DNA from: Acidobacteriota bacterium
GTDB lineage: Bacteria > Acidobacteriota > UBA6911
Length of the DNA stretch: 64,000 bases
Direction: 5' to 3'
Assembly: GCA_963664705.1 (NCBI GenBank)
Contig: OY761556.1
Location: 1,664,001 to 1,728,000 of the forward strand
This document shows positions 40,561 to 50,481 of this stretch, piece after piece. Position 1 is the stretch's first letter, and each line of letters starts with the position of its first letter. A program made the position numbers and the translations under genes. The notes beneath the pieces were generated by a model that had not been told where the DNA came from, searched no databases, and was given only the letters and a program-made list of their open reading frames with translations.

Positions 40561-41100
40561 ATGAAAATCAGGAGGCCAGGAAGTCTGATTGCGTTGTTGC
40601 TGTTGGCTGGATCCGTTTGTATCGGATGGGCAGGAGAGCGCAGCTCTGCAATTACCGGAACACCCGAATGGGAAAAAATTAAGTCATTGGTTGGAGAGTG
40701 GGATGCATATGTAATGGAAGGCGGCAAAAAGATGGAGGGGCATGTTTCGGTGCGTATGACCGGCGATGGATCTGCTGTCATGCACTGGATGGATGCCGGC
40801 ACTCCCCATGAAATGGTCACCATGTTTCACATGGATAAAGCGGAGCTGCTGGGGACGCACTATTGTGCCGCTCACAACCAGCCGCGATTCCATGCAATCG
40901 CTTCGAAAGACCCTTCGAAGGTCGTATTTGAATTCAAGGACGGCACAAACATCCGGCCAGGGGATGGATTCATGCGGCAACTGACAATTGCATTCGTTGA
41001 TGCGGACCACCACAACGAAACCTGGGGCTATGACAGCAATGGTAAAGTTCAGTCAGCCACCTTCTTTATGACGCGATCCAGGAAGCCTGCGCCAAAATAG
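40561..41100 (+). CDS. Exported hypothetical beta-barrel protein
   Basis: Signal peptide; KSLVGEW, EMVTMFH, THYCAAHNQPR; GGAGG RBS. Confidence 0.7.
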   Translation: MKIRRPGSLIALLLLAGSVCIGWAGERSSAITGTPEWEKIKSLVGEWDAYVMEGGKKMEGHVSVRMTGDGSAVMHWMDAGTPHEMVTMFHMDKAELLGTHYCAAHNQPRFHAIASKDPSKVVFEFKDGTNIRPGDGFMRQLTIAFVDADHHNETWGYDSNGKVQSATFFMTRSRKPAPK

Positions 41101-41131
41101 AGGCCTGCGCGTGCAAGAACAGCCTGGTTTC

Positions 41132-41641
41132 TTAATGGTCTCGGATAACCAGATCGCCAAGGGGACGTCGCGTTTTTGTGCCCAGGGCATCCGATGGATA
41201 GCCAAGTGGCGTAAAGCCAAAGGCCATCCAGTCGGGAGGGGGCTTCAGTACTTCGCGTGCCGCAGCGGGATCGAATGCAGCAATCCAGCATGTGGCCAAC
41301 CCTTCGTCCGCCGCCGACAGAACGATATGCGTCATCGCGATAGCCGCATCCACCTCCGCTGCATTCCAGTTGTCCGCTTTTCGAACCCAGCCTTCCGGGG
41401 GGACGGTGTACAGGGCCAGAATCAGGGGAGCTTGCGTAAACCAGTGTCGGCCATAAATGCGGCTTAACTCCGGTTCTCGACCCTGGGTCGAGATAACCTC
41501 AATGCGGAAAGGCTGCCGGTTCGCGGCCGTAGGAGCCAACCGAGCCGATTCGAGGATTCGGGCAAGCTTTTCTTCTTCGACCGGCCTGGATGAATATGCA
41601 CGGGCACTATACCTTTTCCTGATCAGATCCTGGAAGTCCAT
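41132..41641 (-). CDS. Nitroreductase family protein
   Basis: RYSARAY, APTAANRQP, DAAIAMTHIVL.A..EGLATCWI, LGYP. Confidence 0.93.
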   Translation of the reverse strand: MDFQDLIRKRYSARAYSSRPVEEEKLARILESARLAPTAANRQPFRIEVISTQGREPELSRIYGRHWFTQAPLILALYTVPPEGWVRKADNWNAAEVDAAIAMTHIVLSAADEGLATCWIAAFDPAAAREVLKPPPDWMAFGFTPLGYPSDALGTKTRRPLGDLVIRDH

Positions 41642-41840
41642 ATCAAGCCTTTCTTGCGGCCGCCATCAGATTTACATCAAAACCACCGTGAGCATGATTA
41701 TATAGGCGTTCACAATAGGATGGATTCATATTATCGCAGGACCTTGTGGCATTTCTGGCAAAAAGAGCTGTACATCCGGCACGAATTCCGCGAATTATAG
41801 ACTTTTCAGCGCTGTAATGCCTGCGAAGGGAGGTTGTCTT

Positions 41841-43673
41841 TTGTTCAGCATAATCATGCCGGTCTGGAATCGATCAGAGATTGTGCCGAATGCTATCCGC
41901 AGCGTTATCGCTCAAACGTTTGACGATTACGAACTGATTATTGTGGATGACGGTTCGGAAGACAATCTGCTGGAAAGAGTAAGACCTTTTCTTTCGGAGA
42001 AGATTCGTTTTTTTGCCCAGTCTCACAATGGAGTCTCTGCCGCGCGGAATCTTGGTATTCAGCAATCAACCCATCCATGGATCGCCTATCTCGATTCGGA
42101 TAACATCTGGCGCCCGAATTTTTTGGAGCGGATGGCCGACACCATTGCCGAAGCAAACACGGCTGTTCATGCGGCTTATTGTCAATGTCGCGTTTTTAAC
42201 AAGAACAAGCCCAATGAAGCGGCTATCGGTGGCAAGCCATTCAACTATACCGAACTTCTGGAAGAGAGTTATATTGACCTCAATACATTCGTTCATACGC
42301 GGGAAATCCTTGATTTCTGCGGAGCGCATGACGAATCGTTGAAGCGATTGACCGATTGGGACCTTATCCTGAGAATTGCTGAGAAAGTGCCACTGATTTA
42401 TGTTCCGGAGGTGCTGGTCGATTATTACCTGTTTTTCTGCGACAATTCGATTTCAAAAAGGGAAAACTTCAAGCTTTTCAACAAAAAAGTGCTGGAGAGG
42501 CATTGGATGAAGAATCGAACGGTCCGATTTGTTCATGATACCGTCGAGTATACCTGGAGAAATGTTTCAGATGCAAAGCGGTTGAACTGGGTGCGGATGA
42601 ACCAGCGTGAGCTGAATACAAGGGATTTTACGGCCTGGGGATATCCTTATGTCCTGCAGGTGGAGCCCACAACAGCCTGTAACCTGGCGTGTCCTCTCTG
42701 CCCCTGCGGCACCGGAGAACTGAATCGACCGACGAGACATATGAAATTGGGAGAATTCAGGGCACTCATTGATGATATGGAGACCTACCTGCTTTTTCTA
42801 ATCCTATGGGATTGGGGCGAGCCGCTTACGAATCCGGATCTGCCTGCAATGATCCGATATGCATCCGAGCGGAACATCCAGACGGTAACCAGCACAAACG
42901 GGCATTTTTTCCAGGATGTTTCCTATATGGAGGAGCTTCTGACATCCGGTCTCTCGAACCTGATCGTTGCCATTGACTCGCTCTCTGCCGAGAGCTACCA
43001 GGTCTACCGGAAAAACGGTGAACTGGATGGCGTCATATCCGGTTTGGAAAGGCTTGTTGCAACGAAGCGCCGTCTGAAATCCAAGACGCAACTGAATATG
43101 CGCATGGTGGTAATGAAGCAGAATGAACAGGACGTGGAAAAGCTGCGGCGCTTTGCGCGGGATATCGGGATGGACTGTTTTACGCTGAAAACGTTGAATC
43201 CCATTTGTGGCACGGCGAGCATGGATGAAGAACTGGTTCCTCAAAGTGTCCGGTATCGCCGCTTTGAATATGAAAAAGGCACTATGAACCGGGTTCGTGA
43301 TGACAAGCCCTGTACCCGTGTCTGGCGCATGTCCAACATCTTCTCCAATGGCGACGTGGTTCCCTGCTGTTATGATTTTACAGCGGAGATGAAGGTGGGC
43401 AATATTTTTGAACGCCCATTCACGGAGATCTGGAACGGTGCAGGATATCGGGAACTGCGGAGGAAGATATACGAGGAGGCTGGGGATATCCGGCAGTGCC
43501 GGAATTGTGTTCAGAATTTCAAGGAATCCACAGGCATGTTTGTCGGGAAAACGCAGTTCAAAGCCAGAGTGTCGGATCAGCCCTTCGATACTTTGCGGGA
43601 TTTTGTCCTGACTCCGCCGGTCCGCCGAAAGCTGGTAAGGATACGAAAGATGCTGACGGGTTCAACAGGTTAG
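41841..43673 (+). CDS. GT2 glycosyltransferase fused to a radical SAM/SPASM domain
   Basis: SIIMPVWNR, VDDGSED, YLDSD, DWDL; CNLACPLC; WGEP; C...NGDVVPCC...CRNC; TTG start after GGAGG (alternative ATG 41817). Confidence 0.9.
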   Translation: MFSIIMPVWNRSEIVPNAIRSVIAQTFDDYELIIVDDGSEDNLLERVRPFLSEKIRFFAQSHNGVSAARNLGIQQSTHPWIAYLDSDNIWRPNFLERMADTIAEANTAVHAAYCQCRVFNKNKPNEAAIGGKPFNYTELLEESYIDLNTFVHTREILDFCGAHDESLKRLTDWDLILRIAEKVPLIYVPEVLVDYYLFFCDNSISKRENFKLFNKKVLERHWMKNRTVRFVHDTVEYTWRNVSDAKRLNWVRMNQRELNTRDFTAWGYPYVLQVEPTTACNLACPLCPCGTGELNRPTRHMKLGEFRALIDDMETYLLFLILWDWGEPLTNPDLPAMIRYASERNIQTVTSTNGHFFQDVSYMEELLTSGLSNLIVAIDSLSAESYQVYRKNGELDGVISGLERLVATKRRLKSKTQLNMRMVVMKQNEQDVEKLRRFARDIGMDCFTLKTLNPICGTASMDEELVPQSVRYRRFEYEKGTMNRVRDDKPCTRVWRMSNIFSNGDVVPCCYDFTAEMKVGNIFERPFTEIWNGAGYRELRRKIYEEAGDIRQCRNCVQNFKESTGMFVGKTQFKARVSDQPFDTLRDFVLTPPVRRKLVRIRKMLTGSTG

Positions 43674-43787
43674 AAAATGGGATTTGGGAATAGCCCACCT
43701 GATGTTGTCGAGAGCGGGGCCGCCTTTGATTTGCTGAGCGAGGGATGCTCTCTCTCAAATTGAGATATTTTTTGCTGGAGTTTTTGC

Positions 43788-44318
43788 ATGTATAGAAGCA
43801 GTGTTCTGCCATTTCGCGGAATTCATCCGCAGATTCACGAAACAGTATTTCTTGCCGATGGTTCCCGTGTGATTGGCGATGTTCAAATCGGTGCCGATTC
43901 GAGCGTATGGTTCAATGCGGTTGTGAGAGGCGATGTCTGTCCTATCCGAATCGGCACTCGAACTAATGTGCAGGATAATGTCACGCTGCACGTGACCCAC
44001 GATACCGGTCCGCTGAATATCGGCAGCAGCGTCACGATCGGTCATGGTGCCATGGTCCATGCCTGCACCGTGCAGGACAATGTATTGATTGGGATGGGCG
44101 CTATTCTCCTTGATCATTGCGTTGTCGAATCTTTCGCAGTCGTAGCCGCCGGATCTCTCGTGGCGCAGGGGTTTCGAGTGCCGTCCGGGATGCTCGTTGC
44201 AGGTGTTCCGGCGAGAGTGATCCGTCCGATCTCGGAAAAGGAACGTGCCACCATCATGGAATCACCGGGAAATTACCTTCGGTATGCCTCCTATTATCGG
44301 GAGGGCGGGCAGAGCTGA
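43788..44318 (+). CDS. Gamma carbonic anhydrase-family protein (YrdA/CaiE-like)
   Basis: Hexapeptide repeats; VWFNAVVRGD, NVQDNVTLH, TIGHGAMVHAC. Confidence 0.92.
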   Translation: MYRSSVLPFRGIHPQIHETVFLADGSRVIGDVQIGADSSVWFNAVVRGDVCPIRIGTRTNVQDNVTLHVTHDTGPLNIGSSVTIGHGAMVHACTVQDNVLIGMGAILLDHCVVESFAVVAAGSLVAQGFRVPSGMLVAGVPARVIRPISEKERATIMESPGNYLRYASYYREGGQS

Positions 44319-44401
44319 GAAGAATGAAGTAGCGTTGTGCTGATCGGATATCACTCCAAACGGAATGCAAACCTTATAAGGAAGGGGCGGATCCATATCC
44401 A

Positions 44402-45706
44402 ATGAAACGAATAGTTTTGTTGCTGCCGATTGTCTTCGCAATTTTCGGCTTTTGTGTGGAAGAGAACCAGAGTGGCTGTATCAGCGACATTCGCGATGCT
44501 CGTGGAACAATGAAGCCATGGAAAAAAGGCGCGTGGGAATCCGGCAAGTACCGGAATGTTTTCCTGGAAGCAGGGTACAGCCGGGATGCAATCGATGCCA
44601 AGCTTAGGAAGGCATACTACGATGTGTTCGAAGGGCCGGAGCGGGTATATTTCGAGGTGGGCGATTCCATGGCGTATGTTTCAGATCTGAAAAACCATGA
44701 TGCCCGCACCGAAGGGCTCTCCTACGGCATGATGGTGGCGGTGCAGCTAAACAAAAAGGATGTTTTTGATCGGCTGTGGCGATGGACCAAAAAGTATATG
44801 CAGCATCAGAATGGCGCCCGCGAAGCCTATTTTGCCTGGAGCGTTAATCCCCAAACGGGAAAACATAATGCGGAAGGTTCGGCATCGGACGGTGAACTGT
44901 ATTTCATTACCGATCTGCTTTTTGCATCCAATCGATGGGGGAATGACACTGGAATCAACTATTATGCCGAGGCTCGTCGAATTTTGGATGCAATGTGGAG
45001 CAAGGACGGGACTGAGGGAATGACGAACCTGATCAACACTGAACACAAACTGATAACGTTTGTTCCGGATAAATCCGGATATGACTGGACGGATCCTTCT
45101 TATCATCTGCCGGCGTTTTTCGAGGTATGGGCGGACTATGCCCGGGACGGCAAGGAGCAATTCTACCGGGAATGCGCAGCCGCATCGCGTGCTTTTCTAC
45201 ACCGCGCCTGTGATCCAGTGACAGGATTGAATGCCGATGCCACGGAATTCGACGGGACTCCGCGAAAGCGGGGATGGTTTCCAAATGCCTTTCGGTTCGA
45301 TTCGTGGCGCGTGCCGATGAACATTGCCATGGATTATTCGTGGTTTGCCAAAGACAGGGATTGGCAGCAGGATTACGGGCGGCGTTTTCAGGGATTCCTG
45401 TTCTGCAAAGGCATCGATACATTTGATGATCAATATAATGTCGATGGCAGCGTGCCCGAGTCAGTGCTCCCGGCTGGTGGATACAAGAAACTCCGGCACT
45501 CATTGGGGTTGGTTGCTACTTCGGCGGCTGCTTCCATAATGGGTACCCAGGCAAAGAGCTGGAAATTTGTGGATGCGGTATGGAGCGCAAGACTCGAACC
45601 CTACGCGGACGGCTATTTTGATCCCTATTATGATGGATTTCTATATTTATTCAGCCTTATGCATCTTAGCGGCAATTACCGCATTATAAAGCCCGGAATG
45701 CAATAG
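44402..45706 (+). CDS. Glycoside hydrolase family 8 (xylanase / Rex-like), exported
   Basis: DARTEGLSYGMM, SASDGELY, TDPSYH, FRFDSWR, YYDG. Confidence 0.9.
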   Translation: MKRIVLLLPIVFAIFGFCVEENQSGCISDIRDARGTMKPWKKGAWESGKYRNVFLEAGYSRDAIDAKLRKAYYDVFEGPERVYFEVGDSMAYVSDLKNHDARTEGLSYGMMVAVQLNKKDVFDRLWRWTKKYMQHQNGAREAYFAWSVNPQTGKHNAEGSASDGELYFITDLLFASNRWGNDTGINYYAEARRILDAMWSKDGTEGMTNLINTEHKLITFVPDKSGYDWTDPSYHLPAFFEVWADYARDGKEQFYRECAAASRAFLHRACDPVTGLNADATEFDGTPRKRGWFPNAFRFDSWRVPMNIAMDYSWFAKDRDWQQDYGRRFQGFLFCKGIDTFDDQYNVDGSVPESVLPAGGYKKLRHSLGLVATSAAASIMGTQAKSWKFVDAVWSARLEPYADGYFDPYYDGFLYLFSLMHLSGNYRIIKPGMQ

Positions 45707-45786
45707 TGTAGGCAAACAAACCATCGCCAGATGCGCGTCAGTTCAGGGCTATAAAAATCCGCTTTTGCGCGCCTCGCCGTCCTGCC

Positions 45787-45925
45787 TAATAATGCATGCT
45801 CTTTGTCGAGGGCGAAGACCTTCGGAGATCGGTGGCTTGCCAGCGCCTTCGGCTTTGATGGTTTTTAAACGTGGCCGCTTGCTACCGCACTCAACGATCC
45901 CCATTCGGGCAATGCTTCCTGCAAA
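45787..45925 (+). repeat. REPIN/MITE-like dispersed repeat, copy C
   Basis: Colinear with copies at 1953 and 36503. Confidence 0.75.
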
Positions 45926-46098
45926 TAGTATGGGCAATCGGCGAGACGTCGGCGCTCTCAGCGGGCTCGTGCTTCATTCACCTCTGCCAAAATTATTTGA
46001 TAACTGAATTAATCCACAATGCTACTTGTGGCCGATAAGGCTAGTAATTGGATCTTGCATAATAATGCAGCGAAAAATGGATGCAGGGAGGAGAAAAC

Positions 46099-46299
46099 AT
46101 GGGACAGCTTTACGACGCAAAGCTGAAGATCGAGTCCGCCATCAAGGGCAAAAATCTTGATGTCACCAAGACTCTGGGCTCGATCGGGCTGAAGGCAGGA
46201 ATGGTGCTGGCTTTTATCACGGCAACGTCACCGGACGATGCACAAAAAACCGCTAAACTCAAAATGGCCGCCAAAGAAGTTCTTGGCGTGGACCTGTAG
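46099..46299 (+). CDS. Small conserved-looking hypothetical protein (66 aa)
   Basis: Strong RBS GGAGGAG; helical amphipathic sequence; 9 nt upstream of the dCache-HAMP gene. Confidence 0.7.
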   Translation: MGQLYDAKLKIESAIKGKNLDVTKTLGSIGLKAGMVLAFITATSPDDAQKTAKLKMAAKEVLGVDL

Positions 46300-46308
46300 G
46301 GAGGAGCT

Positions 46309-47481
46309 ATGTCGATCAAGTCAAAAGTGATTGTGGTTATTTCGCTATGCCTCCTGGCAGGCGCAATTGTTCTGGTGATGTTCATCGACAGGTCCTACCG
46401 GGAAAATGTCGACTTGATATCGCAGCAGTCGCTATCGTCCGCTCAGAAGAGCTTCGAAAGCGTAAAAGAGAACGACGCCAAGATGCTTAAGGCCGTCGTA
46501 ACGACAGTATCGGATAACAATGAGATCCGAAGTATTTACATGGCAGGACAAAGAGAGAAGATGATTGAAAGGTTGAACCCCCTTTACAAAGAGCTTCGGG
46601 CCTCCTGCAACATCACCCAGTGGCTGGTAGAGGAACCCGAGCCTTCAAAAAAGGTTTTCCTGAGAATGCAAATGCCGGAACAATTCGGTGATGTTCGAAA
46701 GGTTGGGATATATGAGAAGGCACTAAAGGCCAAAAAGGCTGTGACCGGATTTGACCTGGCAAAATATGGTTTTGCACTGCGGGTTGTTGCGCCCTATTAC
46801 GATAATAAAAATACTATTATCGGCTACATGGAACTGGGGGAGCGGGTCAATCGATTCATGGGTGTTTTGAAAGCTCAAACCGGCGATAACTATGCTCTCG
46901 TGGTAAAGAAGCAATATATGGATAAGGAAACATATATTGCCGGTCAGAAGAATGCCGGTGAAATAAACCACTGGGATGATCAGAAGGATACGTTGGTTCT
47001 CGACAAAACAAGTGAAGACCCCATTCTGCTTCAGTATGACGGGGACATTACGAAGATACCGGAGTCGGGTCTGATTCTGGGGCAGGTTGTTCGGGAAGGC
47101 AATGCCTATGTGCGTGGCGTATTCCCTCTGAAGGATGCGGTGGATCGAGTCATCGGCGCTGTTTTTGTACTCAGAGACATTACGCAGATTTACAATGGCA
47201 TGAGAACTGTCAAAACATCGTCCATCATTGCCATTGTGGTGCTGGTTCTGCTGCTGTCCTTCGTGATGATTCTGTCACTCAACAAACTGGTTTTTTCGCG
47301 GCTGGCCAAGACCATGGATGTGGCAACCAGTGTGGTCGGAGGCGATTTTGATCAGCAGATTGTGCCGGCATCCAACGACGAAGTGGGGAAACTGGAAGAA
47401 CTGCTGGAGCAGTTCCGCACGGTGTTTGTCAACACCATCAAGGACATGCAGGCTGAGAATCAGAGGATTGCCAAAGGCTGA
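46309..47481 (+). CDS. Membrane sensor: TM, dCache-like domain, TM, HAMP, with no output domain
   Basis: Two TM flanking a Cache-like domain (KVFLRM..PEQFGD, LRVVAP, IGYMELG); HAMP DEVGKLEELLEQFR then stop. Confidence 0.8.
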   Translation: MSIKSKVIVVISLCLLAGAIVLVMFIDRSYRENVDLISQQSLSSAQKSFESVKENDAKMLKAVVTTVSDNNEIRSIYMAGQREKMIERLNPLYKELRASCNITQWLVEEPEPSKKVFLRMQMPEQFGDVRKVGIYEKALKAKKAVTGFDLAKYGFALRVVAPYYDNKNTIIGYMELGERVNRFMGVLKAQTGDNYALVVKKQYMDKETYIAGQKNAGEINHWDDQKDTLVLDKTSEDPILLQYDGDITKIPESGLILGQVVREGNAYVRGVFPLKDAVDRVIGAVFVLRDITQIYNGMRTVKTSSIIAIVVLVLLLSFVMILSLNKLVFSRLAKTMDVATSVVGGDFDQQIVPASNDEVGKLEELLEQFRTVFVNTIKDMQAENQRIAKG

Positions 47482-47502
47482 GTTTGAGGTTTGTATGTGA
47501 AC

Positions 47503-47545
47503 AAGGAGGTCCAGCCCTGTGCCGCAGGGCTTGACCTCCTTTTCT
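47503..47545. terminator. Intrinsic terminator between convergent genes
   Basis: aaggaggtc.agccctg / cagggct.gacctcctt followed by a T tract. Confidence 0.75.
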
Positions 47546-47550
47546 TATTG

Positions 47551-50481
47551 CTACTTTATGATGGAGAAAGGGGCATTACTAGCATCAGAGTACAGGCTGC
47601 TGGATGTGCTTGTGATGCGTACGGTGTAGTCATTTCCCGGAATATCCACTGCAGAGGGCTTCCACGAATAGGAGCCGGAGCCTGAGCGGCCAGTGGAAGT
47701 TTTGGATGCAATGGTTCTCACGACTATTCCCGCCTTGAGCAATTCTATCTTCACATACGCTCCCGGATTGCCGGTGAAGCTCCAGCTAATCGTCGCAGCT
47801 GTCCTTTGTTTCAACACTTCTCCTCCATTGGGCTTAACGACCGTGATATTGGCCGAGCTGAAAGCAATCATTGCATTTCTGGATGCGGTCATGGAATTCA
47901 CGGTGCAGGTAGCCTTGGCAGTTGTGCCCCCCGTAGCATCACATCCGGATGACCAGGAAGCGATTACGCCGGCAGTAGCTGTGGCGGTGAGTATGGTGGC
48001 CGTGCCATAAGGATAGGATGTGGACGCGACACTCACGGCAGGAAAAGAGAAATTGATTTTGCCGTCGGCGGATGAAATAGCCCCCGAGCCATTTCCCGAA
48101 GCCGTTACGGTCAGCGTGGTTTGACTGAGATTGAAGGAGGCGATGGCCTGCTTATCTGCATCCATGGTGATGGTACAGGTTTGCCCGGTCACGGAAGAGC
48201 ATCCAGTCCAGCCGCCAAATATCGACCCCGTCGCGGCGGTAGCTGTGATCACAGCCATGGTGCCTTGCTGCATAAGCCCGCTGCAGGATGTTACGTTGCA
48301 GACTACGCCTGGAGTTGTACTGGTCAGGGTACCGCTGCCTGGCCCACTTGTAATGGCGCTCAGTGAACGGGCATTTGTCTGCCCCTGGGGTATTACAAAG
48401 AGCGAAATGGAATTTGCCGCGAAAGTTGCAGTGAAGCCGCCTGCCGAGACAATTTGATCATCAAGCGGTTCAATCGCACCCGTCAATGCCGGACTATAGC
48501 GGAAAACCCGGGCGGGTCCGGATGGCGTGACGCCCGAGAGACTGACCGCGCTTGTAAGCGCACCGGAAGTTTTGTTGATGACAATGACAGTGAGGGCACC
48601 ATCGCTGGTCCGTTCCGCCGCATAGGTGGACAGGAGGCTTTGGTCGGCGCTGGCAGCCTGGACTGAAATATCGCCGAAGGTATTTCTTAAACCATCATAA
48701 TTACGATACATCCGGAACGCAAACGCGCCGGGCTGTCCGGAATCAGGCGGCCCCCAAAGAGTCGCCAGATCAAGTCCTTCTCGACCGAAGATGCCAAGGA
48801 TATCTGCCTGGGCGATGGCTCCATTGATATGATCGAGCGCGCCCCAGTTATATTCAGTAATCGCCAGTTTGGTGCCGGGATAATTTTGGTTGACCCATGT
48901 TTTCATGCGCGGAATTAATTGCACGGCAACGCCGCCCTGCTGCGTGTCTGATATCCAACTCTCATCCATATAGGACGGATCCCAGAGGGATCGAATGGAG
49001 CGGAGTCGGAGCGCCTGTGTTGTCGAATTTCCGGCAGAGGACAGAGCCACACCGCTGGCCTGGGGATAGTGGTGAAGATCCAGATAATCCAGGATGCGAG
49101 TGCCATGCTGTGTTTCATAAGCCTTCATCTGCTGCAGGTACCAGGGAACAAAGGGCGTGCTTCCGTGACTTGTATAATCCGTGCCGACTCCGCATCCATC
49201 CTTGGCTGAATAAAAGTAGGCACACCAGCCCCATAGAACCGGACCGAGGGTCTTCGCCGAGGAATCGGCGGATTTGATGGCTGCGGCATAGCTGAATGTA
49301 CGCGTCTGCATTTCATCATAGGTAGTCGGCTGTGGATGTACATCCCGATGCGTGCTGTTCCAGAGCATTGGCTCATTATCAAGATTATAGTAGGCAACGC
49401 CTCCTGCGGAGGCTTTTCCGTATCTCCCGACCAGGTGATTAACCCATGCTGTCGCAAAATCGGCTGTAATTGCAGTGCTGGTATCCGTTGCGGCATTGCC
49501 CGTGATATCGCTGCCGCTGGATCGCACGCCATTCCCGCAGTCGGGATCCCAGGAGTCTGTGGATTGCTGTGACCCATAGAGCGAGACCTTAAAGCCGCAA
49601 TCGTAGGGATGGTTTTCCAGTCTCCTTTTGGGTGTCCATCCGATGAGAGGTATGGTCATGATGGTCTTTGTAGCGGTTCTTCGGTCCTGTTCAACAAACC
49701 GATCTGCGGAGGAACCGTTCGGCAGGGAAGTCACGCCGGAATTCTGGGCCGGGATATTTTCGAAGTACCAGTCGCTCCCAACATTATATACATCGATTTG
49801 CCAGTTATAGCGTGTCGTCGAATTGCCCCCCCACCGGCGAACCGGCAATTGCAGGTCCGAGGCAAGATCTTCGTCCGCGTAATTCATCCCATAGATATCG
49901 TCACTGATCGTATGCCGCTGATTTCCTGCATTGATCGTTAATGTCGGCCCGGAACTGGGCGGAGGCTGTGGGCCTGTCGCCGCGACGAGGCCTATATCAT
50001 CAAGGTAGAAGGCGGGTTGCGCTGCGCCTGTGGTGTCTTGCCAGTAGATATCGCTCAATGATGAGGGGCTTCCCAATTCAACCAGCGGAATATCGATCTT
50101 TACCCATGTGTTCGCTTGAGCCCGGAATGAATACGAACTACTGTCATTGCCGTCAATCACCAGCCGCATATACTGATTGCCGCTCCCGCCGTGAATCCAG
50201 AAAGAGATGCGCTCATATGCGGAAAGATTTATGGCATTGGAAGCATGAAGATACAGTCCGGCCCAGGCTGCGGTGAAAGTCACCCCCATGGAAAGGCTGC
50301 CCGAATGTGCAGGGGATGCAACTGAAGGGTTCACCGTCGTATTCCAGGACCAGTTTTGCCAGTCGGGACCGATGTTATCGGTATATATGGGCATGTCCGA
50401 TGCCGCATATATGGTCCCTTGTATTAGCAACAGCAATATCATTGTAATAAGCATCCTGATCCTGACACTGTGCAGTTTCAT
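47551..50481 (-). CDS. Modular GH44 endoglucanase/xyloglucanase (N-terminal CBM-like, C-terminal Ig-like repeats)
   Basis: RRWGGNSTTRYNW, LDNEPMLWNSTHRDVHP, DLHHYPQ, LAITEYNWG, GIFGREG; C-terminal B-repeat-like and PNGGE..W domains; signal peptide. Confidence 0.9.
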   Translation of the reverse strand: MKLHSVRIRMLITMILLLLIQGTIYAASDMPIYTDNIGPDWQNWSWNTTVNPSVASPAHSGSLSMGVTFTAAWAGLYLHASNAINLSAYERISFWIHGGSGNQYMRLVIDGNDSSSYSFRAQANTWVKIDIPLVELGSPSSLSDIYWQDTTGAAQPAFYLDDIGLVAATGPQPPPSSGPTLTINAGNQRHTISDDIYGMNYADEDLASDLQLPVRRWGGNSTTRYNWQIDVYNVGSDWYFENIPAQNSGVTSLPNGSSADRFVEQDRRTATKTIMTIPLIGWTPKRRLENHPYDCGFKVSLYGSQQSTDSWDPDCGNGVRSSGSDITGNAATDTSTAITADFATAWVNHLVGRYGKASAGGVAYYNLDNEPMLWNSTHRDVHPQPTTYDEMQTRTFSYAAAIKSADSSAKTLGPVLWGWCAYFYSAKDGCGVGTDYTSHGSTPFVPWYLQQMKAYETQHGTRILDYLDLHHYPQASGVALSSAGNSTTQALRLRSIRSLWDPSYMDESWISDTQQGGVAVQLIPRMKTWVNQNYPGTKLAITEYNWGALDHINGAIAQADILGIFGREGLDLATLWGPPDSGQPGAFAFRMYRNYDGLRNTFGDISVQAASADQSLLSTYAAERTSDGALTVIVINKTSGALTSAVSLSGVTPSGPARVFRYSPALTGAIEPLDDQIVSAGGFTATFAANSISLFVIPQGQTNARSLSAITSGPGSGTLTSTTPGVVCNVTSCSGLMQQGTMAVITATAATGSIFGGWTGCSSVTGQTCTITMDADKQAIASFNLSQTTLTVTASGNGSGAISSADGKINFSFPAVSVASTSYPYGTATILTATATAGVIASWSSGCDATGGTTAKATCTVNSMTASRNAMIAFSSANITVVKPNGGEVLKQRTAATISWSFTGNPGAYVKIELLKAGIVVRTIASKTSTGRSGSGSYSWKPSAVDIPGNDYTVRITSTSSSLYSDASNAPFSIIK

